Source of the DNA: an uncultured Methanosarcinales archaeon
Lineage (GTDB): Archaea > Nanobdellota > Nanobdellia > Woesearchaeales > GW2011-AR9
Assembly: GCA_964344235.1 (NCBI GenBank)
Contig: CAYFMJ010000001.1
Coordinates: 256,001-320,000 of the forward strand
Direction: 5' to 3'
DNA: 64,000 nucleotides
Shown piece after piece: positions 58,425 to 64,000 of this stretch. Position numbers and translations under genes: made by a program. How positions within the stretch are numbered: position 1 is the first letter of the stretch; every line of letters starts with the position of its first letter. The notes under the pieces are model-generated. The model was not told the origin of the DNA, did no database searches, and saw only the letters and a list, made by a program, of their open reading frames with translations.

Positions 58425-58650
58425 ATTTCATGTTTTTTTAAGACAAATTTATGTAACTTATGTAACTTATATAAATTCTATTTTACTAAAATTATATGTT
58501 GTTTTTATTGTTGACCTAGAATGTTTCACAACGCTTAAATATAAATGTGTTGGGTAATCTCAAGACACGTATTGTATTATTATAGTGGGTTGTTAAGGGA
58601 AGTTTTTGCTGTGTTTGTGTGGATAGTAATAAAGCTTGTAGCAATAAAAA

Positions 58651-59433
58651 ATGGAACAAGAAATCTATTTTCCAACATCAACATCCGATTTGTTATTTGG
58701 AAAGCTTCAATGTCCAGAAGTTGGTGATTTTGGGCCAAAAAGGCGAAAGCTTGTTATTCTATCTCACGGTTATGGTTCGCATTTAGATGCTCGGACAACG
58801 CAAATTGGTGTCGTTGGTGCTCTCTATAAGCGGGGAATTGATACTTTTAGATTTTCGTTCTGGGGAAGCAGCCATTCTGCAGGCAATTTTGAGAAGAATA
58901 CCCTTACGCAATATATCTCTGACCTTGAGGCTGCAGTGCGTTATGCGCGAGAAGTTCTGGGATATCACCACATAAGTTTGTATGGCTTTAGTTGTGGAGG
59001 TACTATTTCGCTCCATGTTGCAGCCAAAGATCCTACTATCGAAAAGGTTGCAGTTGTCGCTCCAGTTCTTGATTATCCTGCACAAAGAAGACGTAGACTT
59101 GGTGATCTTGTAATGAAGCACTGGGAGGAGAGTGGAAAGTTAGAGTTTCCCAATTATGGTGAGGAAAAACATGTTCATTATTACTTCATAGAAGATGCTT
59201 ACCAGCATATTCTCTTAGATGAAGAAGCGACGGTTAATAGGTTGTTAGAAATCTCCCAACCAGTATTACTTCTCCATGGGACGGCGGATTCAGAAGTCCC
59301 CTTTTCGCAAAGTCTTCGTGCTCACGAATCCTTGCCTTCTTCGGAAGTTAGATTATTTGAGGACGATGATCATTGGCTTAGAGCGAATCGTCAGGAGGTT
59401 GATGGGTACATTGCAGAATGGTTGTCTCAGTGA
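58651..59433 (+). CDS. Alpha/beta hydrolase
   Basis: HGYGS oxyanion motif, GFSCGG nucleophile elbow, HGTAD and DHW. Confidence 0.87.
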   Translation: MEQEIYFPTSTSDLLFGKLQCPEVGDFGPKRRKLVILSHGYGSHLDARTTQIGVVGALYKRGIDTFRFSFWGSSHSAGNFEKNTLTQYISDLEAAVRYAREVLGYHHISLYGFSCGGTISLHVAAKDPTIEKVAVVAPVLDYPAQRRRRLGDLVMKHWEESGKLEFPNYGEEKHVHYYFIEDAYQHILLDEEATVNRLLEISQPVLLLHGTADSEVPFSQSLRAHESLPSSEVRLFEDDDHWLRANRQEVDGYIAEWLSQ

Positions 59434-59436
59434 ACC

Positions 59437-59997
59437 TTATCCTTGTTTCTTAATCTTTCTAATATCTATATAATCTATCCCTAAATTCTTAGCAGCATTC
59501 TCATCAGATGTTGAATTTCCGATAAAAAGAATTTTTGGGATTGCAGTGTCGAAATATCTTCTAATTATCAAAAACCCTTCTGAGTTTGGTTTTGTAAAAT
59601 TAACTTGGTCTTTACCAACAATTAATCCAATTCTTTTTCCAATGGCGAATTTTTGCAAGACTTCTCTGATAACTGAAGACTGATTTGATGACCAGACCAC
59701 CTGTGGCCCAAGGAATTCTTTCATGATACTCTTGCACTTCTCATTTTCTTTAAAACCATTAACTCCTTGCGATTCGAACTGGTAGGCGATTTCATTAAAC
59801 TCTTTCTTCCCTACTTCTCCTAATCTTTCATACACAGTGCTTGCACCACCCGAGTAACTCGTGAAATCAATATCCATGTTGTGTTTCTCTAAGAAATGGT
59901 TATGTAATGCCGACCGAAGAGCGGCCCAATCAACATCTAATTTTCCGATTGTGCCATCAAAGTCCAAGATCAGCAAGTCATATCGTTGGAAATCCAT
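59437..59997 (-). CDS. HAD-superfamily phosphatase
   Basis: ILDFDGT, WSSN, KP and GN...D motifs. Confidence 0.82.
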   Translation of the reverse strand: MDFQRYDLLILDFDGTIGKLDVDWAALRSALHNHFLEKHNMDIDFTSYSGGASTVYERLGEVGKKEFNEIAYQFESQGVNGFKENEKCKSIMKEFLGPQVVWSSNQSSVIREVLQKFAIGKRIGLIVGKDQVNFTKPNSEGFLIIRRYFDTAIPKILFIGNSTSDENAAKNLGIDYIDIRKIKKQG

Positions 59998-61009
59998 TTT
60001 CTTGGTATGTTTTTATTGCGTTCTTTAAATGTGTTATCTTTCGTTGCAATCCAGGAAGCAATTCATCAATAAAATCACTATTGAGCGAATAGTTTAATAA
60101 ATCTTCCACCCATATACGGATTGCGACAATGGGGATACATTCTTTTTCTTGTGCTGTTAAAGGTAATTCTTGGTTGTATGTTTCAATGTAGTGGGTTGCT
60201 CTTTCTTGATTAAATGGTATGATGTTGCCTTCTGCGTTCCTCGTTGAGAAACACCACATCGCGTAAACTACATCTCTGATATGAGGAATATACATCATCT
60301 CGTCTGGGTCAAGCAGTGCACTTACCTCGCCTTTTTGATAAATAACGTTTCCTGGCCAGATGTCTTTATGCGCAACGATTTTTGGTAAAGCAGGGTATTG
60401 TTTTTTATCAACCAATGCTATTTGTTGCTCAACAAGCGGGAGCACTTCTTGTACTCGCTGACGAAACATGCTTGCTGTAGCGCTTTTTGCTTTCTTGCGT
60501 ACTTCTTGTAACGTTACCTGTAACCGTTCCCGGCGGAGGAAAATGCTTCTTGTCTCTTTTATGTGCATAACATTGGTGGGTGCCATCGTAGTGAGTGTGC
60601 GGTTTAGTGTTGCATGGAACTTTGCCATGCTTTGGACTTCAGGTATTATGCTTTGAAATGAACTGCCTTCAATAAAAGGGTAGAGAACGTAATAGTTCTC
60701 ATTATACTTGACATAGATAGTATTTTCATTTGTTGTTAGATAGCTGACGAGTGGAATATTCTCGTTCATTACATGCTGCATGAAATGTTGCAAGCCTTTA
60801 AAGTAGTGTTCTGGAGTGCATAATGCAAAATATTCTTTAGGGATTTCTTTCAGCACGAATTTTGTTGTTCCCTCTGTTAAAAGATGAAGCGAACTTTTTG
60901 CATTAAATTTTATGTGAGTTGATGAACTAAGATTTTTTAGGTTTTTAGAATATGATCTGTTGATGTTTTGTAGCAAATTTTGGGATATCATTGTTTTTGA
61001 TTTATACAA
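59978..61009 (-). CDS. APH/homoserine-kinase-type-II-like phosphotransferase
   Basis: VLKE, HKDIWPGNVIY (Brenner-like) and LLDPDE motifs. Confidence 0.82.
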   Translation of the reverse strand: MYKSKTMISQNLLQNINRSYSKNLKNLSSSTHIKFNAKSSLHLLTEGTTKFVLKEIPKEYFALCTPEHYFKGLQHFMQHVMNENIPLVSYLTTNENTIYVKYNENYYVLYPFIEGSSFQSIIPEVQSMAKFHATLNRTLTTMAPTNVMHIKETRSIFLRRERLQVTLQEVRKKAKSATASMFRQRVQEVLPLVEQQIALVDKKQYPALPKIVAHKDIWPGNVIYQKGEVSALLDPDEMMYIPHIRDVVYAMWCFSTRNAEGNIIPFNQERATHYIETYNQELPLTAQEKECIPIVAIRIWVEDLLNYSLNSDFIDELLPGLQRKITHLKNAIKTYQENGFPTI

Positions 61010-61094
61010 TAATTACACTTTTAAATAATTCTTTCCCTGTTTCTTGACTTTCTTTTCATAATCTATTTAAACCGTTCTTTCTCGTTTTTGCAGA

Positions 61095-62141
61095 ATGGAC
61101 TCAGAGATATATCAGCGGTTGACAAATGAGACGAAACCTTTTGTTCTGGCGGAAATTGGTTCAAATCACATGGCCAGTATGGAGACTGCTAAAGAGCTTA
61201 TTGATGCAGCGGTTGAAGCTGGCTGTGATGGTGTTAAGTTTCAATCACTTGGTTGGAATGATTGGAATTCGAAAACGGTTTTTCAAAAAAGACGTAACTA
61301 TACTGCTCCTGGCTTGCTAGTGGTTGGGCTAGAGGCCACTAATAAGTTACTTGAACTCTCAAAAGAGCAACATCACGAATTAAAAAGGTATTGTGATGAG
61401 AAAGGCATTCTTTTTTCTTCAACTCCCGCAACTAACGCCCAAATAGATATGCTTGTTGATGAGCTGAAAGTTCCATTCTTAAAAATTGCTTCAATGGATT
61501 TAACAAACCACGATTTCCTACGCTATGCTGCATCGAAGGGCGTTCCGATTGTTCTTTCAACGGGGATGGCACTACTTCATGAAATTGCCGAGGCTGTTGA
61601 AGTAATTAAGGGAACCGGTAATGATCAATTGATTCTTCTACATTGTGTGGCAACATATCCTACCCCTCACGATTGGGTTGATCTCCAAAACATCTCCATG
61701 TTAAAAGATACTTTTGGTTTTCCAATTGGCTTTTCAGATCACACTTTGACAGCGGATATCCCAATTGCATCAGTGGCGTTGGGTGCTTGTTTTATTGAGA
61801 AACATTTTATGTTAGAAGGGCAGGAGTGTCGTGAAAAGAAAGTATCCATTACTCCCTCACAAATGAAGCGATTGGTAGAAGGGGCACATAATGTTGGTAT
61901 GGCAATGGGAACGTATCATAGACGCTTAACTGAGCAGGAAGTAATACGAAGAGGATGGATGCGTCGAGGGATTTTGGTTCGAAAAGATTTACCTGCAGGA
62001 CATATTCTTACGAGGGAAGATTTAGTCTTTAAGAGACCAAGTGGTAAGATCCCCGCCAAGGATTGGAAGTATGTTGTTGGGAGAAAGCTTAAGGAGGCAA
62101 GGGAAGCAGATGATGTTCTTGGTTTAGAGGATTTTGAGTGA
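61095..62141 (+). CDS. neuB: N-acetylneuraminate synthase family protein (NeuB/PseI/LegI) with SAF domain
   Basis: AEIGSNH, VKFQ, KIAS.D, LSTGM, LHCV..YP, GFSDHT, IEKHF and a C-terminal SAF domain. Confidence 0.9.
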   Translation: MDSEIYQRLTNETKPFVLAEIGSNHMASMETAKELIDAAVEAGCDGVKFQSLGWNDWNSKTVFQKRRNYTAPGLLVVGLEATNKLLELSKEQHHELKRYCDEKGILFSSTPATNAQIDMLVDELKVPFLKIASMDLTNHDFLRYAASKGVPIVLSTGMALLHEIAEAVEVIKGTGNDQLILLHCVATYPTPHDWVDLQNISMLKDTFGFPIGFSDHTLTADIPIASVALGACFIEKHFMLEGQECREKKVSITPSQMKRLVEGAHNVGMAMGTYHRRLTEQEVIRRGWMRRGILVRKDLPAGHILTREDLVFKRPSGKIPAKDWKYVVGRKLKEAREADDVLGLEDFE

Positions 62142-62279
62142 GAAAGGTAAGAATTATCCTTAAGACATTGCCCAACAATCTCTATGTTCTGTGACAAGTC
62201 TCTAAAAAATCCCGAGTGATGTTACGTTGTTCTATAGTTCCACAACGCTTATTAGTTTTCCTTTATCAGGTGGCAGATT

Positions 62280-63386
62280 ATGAATATACTTGTTACTGGA
62301 ACGCACAGAGAAGCGACAAACACCCTCACTCCTGTTGTAAAAGAATTGGTGCGAAGGGGTCATGATGTGACGGTTTATGCAACAGGGAATGAGCGGGAAG
62401 CGGCAGGATTTAATGGACTTGAATATGAACAGCAGATCCCTACTTCTGATCAATACATAGTGTTAGTTCAAGGTTATGATCTTGTTGTCGCAGGCGTGTC
62501 AGGGCCACAAACTCCAGATGGATATGTCATTCGCGCCGCAAGGGATAGAGGAATACCTGTTGTTGGTGTTGTTGGGCAGAATCGAGTGTTTAATGTTCGT
62601 TTTGGTACTGTTGATGATTTACCTGATCATATTACTGTTCCAGGGGAAGATTCATACGATTTAGTGAGGGAAGCTGTCGGTGAATGTCTGGCAACGGAAA
62701 TAATCCGAAGAGCGGTTCCGGTTGGCTTTCCAGCGTTTGATCATTACGCAGCAACGCGTGAGCGTTTTACTTCTAAACGGCGAGAAGCATTTGTTGCTGA
62801 ACTTGAATTGGAAGGGCCGTTTGTTTTTTACCCCTCTGCAAATTTAGACCCAAACACCGACTACATGCGGAGATCGACACGAGATCCTGTTGACAAACGG
62901 CAACGGTTTGAGTATGCTCTACGGCTTACTGAAGAAACATTTAGAGTGGCGTCAGACTTAGGTTTGCATATGGTTGTAAAGCCTCATCCTGGTGAGCAGA
63001 CAAGACCCAGACACACTTTAGGGCTTGCGGAACGATTTGGCGTTACATATTTGAGCTACGATCGGTGTGGGACCCAGGATTTACTCCTTGCATCTGCTGT
63101 AGTAGTTGCAGGAGAGAGCGGCTGTTTAAATGAAGGGTGCCTCTTTGATAGAAATACAGGGGCGTTGTTTCCTGGATTGGATGAGGATGTTGTACCCCAA
63201 TTCTCTGCGACGAAAACGGGAGCGATTCCTTACACTTTCGAATGGGAGGGTATTGGAAGGATCCTTACTGAGCTTACTTCCTCAGATGAAGATGTACAAC
63301 GGAGACTTGCTGATCAAAGAAAAAGGTTTTCTGTTGATGGAAAAGGCGCACAGCGTGTTGCAGATTTAGTTGAGAGAGTGCTCTGA
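62280..63386 (+). CDS. GT-B fold protein (TagF/capsule glycosyltransferase-like)
   Basis: L..RGHDV, GFPAFD, VKPHP and DGKGAQRV patterns. Confidence 0.6.
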   Translation: MNILVTGTHREATNTLTPVVKELVRRGHDVTVYATGNEREAAGFNGLEYEQQIPTSDQYIVLVQGYDLVVAGVSGPQTPDGYVIRAARDRGIPVVGVVGQNRVFNVRFGTVDDLPDHITVPGEDSYDLVREAVGECLATEIIRRAVPVGFPAFDHYAATRERFTSKRREAFVAELELEGPFVFYPSANLDPNTDYMRRSTRDPVDKRQRFEYALRLTEETFRVASDLGLHMVVKPHPGEQTRPRHTLGLAERFGVTYLSYDRCGTQDLLLASAVVVAGESGCLNEGCLFDRNTGALFPGLDEDVVPQFSATKTGAIPYTFEWEGIGRILTELTSSDEDVQRRLADQRKRFSVDGKGAQRVADLVERVL

Positions 63387-63414
63387 GCAAGTTGAGTATT
63401 CCTTGGGGTGTTCT

Positions 63415-64000
63415 TTAGGGGCGAGTTGGTATTACTGGTTGCCCTGTTTTTGATCTGAAAATATCTGTATGCCCAACATAGTCTATCTTTCCTGTCTTTA
63501 TCATTTGGAAAGCAAGATCTTTGAATCTAGCACTCCACTCTCTACGAAATCCTTCTGCTCCATAGTAGTTCGCAGCAGAGCCTACGGTGTGAGCTACACG
63601 TAAAAGAAGTTCTAATTGCTGTGTTAGCGGACCTTCATGGTTGTACGTTCCTCCCTCACTTTGATGGCCCCTTCGTAACGCTTCTTGTCCAGCAATCAAT
63701 GTTTCATTGTCAAAATAGCTAGTGAACAGTGAATGGACGAGGTACATTTCTTGTTCCACCGGTCCTGCTTGACTCCATTCAACATCGGGAAAACTGGGAT
63801 TACCTGCACTGTCAACGAGAATATTTCTTGGATGTAAATCAGCTATTGTGAACACGGGGGTGATATGGCTTTCAACTTCTACTATACTCGCAAGGCTTCT
63901 CTCGAGAAAACGATTTACTTCTTCTACTTCCCTTTCAGTGTATGCTGGGGATTGTGTCAATCTGGCTAATCGATAAACAATAAATTGTTTTGCTCTTGCT
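63415..64000 (-). CDS. APH/kinase-like phosphotransferase, partial (5' end beyond the window)
   Basis: ADLHPRNILV and DVE motifs; the frame stays open to the window edge. Confidence 0.72.
   Translation of the reverse strand, partial: ARAKQFIVYRLARLTQSPAYTEREVEEVNRFLERSLASIVEVESHITPVFTIADLHPRNILVDSAGNPSFPDVEWSQAGPVEQEMYLVHSLFTSYFDNETLIAGQEALRRGHQSEGGTYNHEGPLTQQLELLLRVAHTVGSAANYYGAEGFRREWSARFKDLAFQMIKTGKIDYVGHTDIFRSKTGQPVIPTRP

Noticed and set aside
58449-58475. TTATGTAAC tandem repeat in an AT-rich intergenic region
   Set aside because: Two to three low-complexity copies overlapping a TATA box, with no spacers.
376-63369. The many 60-170 aa ORFs nested in or antisense to long genes
   Set aside because: They are shadows of well-supported genes, with no motifs or promoters of their own.
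1-64000. CRISPR array, IS/transposase or prophage
   Set aside because: I found no regularly spaced repeats, transposase, integrase or phage structural genes by eye.

Overview
This is chromosomal DNA from an archaeon, most likely a DPANN lineage (Woesearchaeota-like; inferred from gene content). Supporting markers are ribosomal protein L35Ae, thermosome, type II Met aminopeptidase, AglB, bulge-helix-bulge (BHB) tRNA introns, and TATA boxes about 22-25 nt before start codons. Bases 1-21.6 kb hold housekeeping genes (HerA, presenilin-like protease, thermosome, HisRS, Map) mixed with orphan ORFs and RNA genes absent from the ORF track: two different intron-containing tRNA-His(GUG) genes (one with two introns), a stand-alone 5S rRNA and a candidate three-way-junction ncRNA. 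Bases 21.7-64 kb form a ~42 kb N-glycosylation/surface-glycan region around aglB. It covers nucleotide-sugar synthesis, a WbpA/B/E/D-like diacetamido-uronate route, Alg13/14, a flippase, GT39s, FemAB-like GNATs and a NeuB-like synthase. Inside it lie an ATP-citrate lyase pair and a bacterial-type ACP/AcpS/acyl-ligase cassette. The strongest unexplained signal concerns two divergent free-standing LAGLIDADG endonuclease genes 7 kb apart. Both are preceded by the identical module CACTAGCCACTGGACAA-N14-TATAAATC, and each ends inside a stable RNA gene (tRNA-His or 5S rRNA). No CRISPR array or IS element was seen. All assignments come from motif recognition by eye; no database searches were run.
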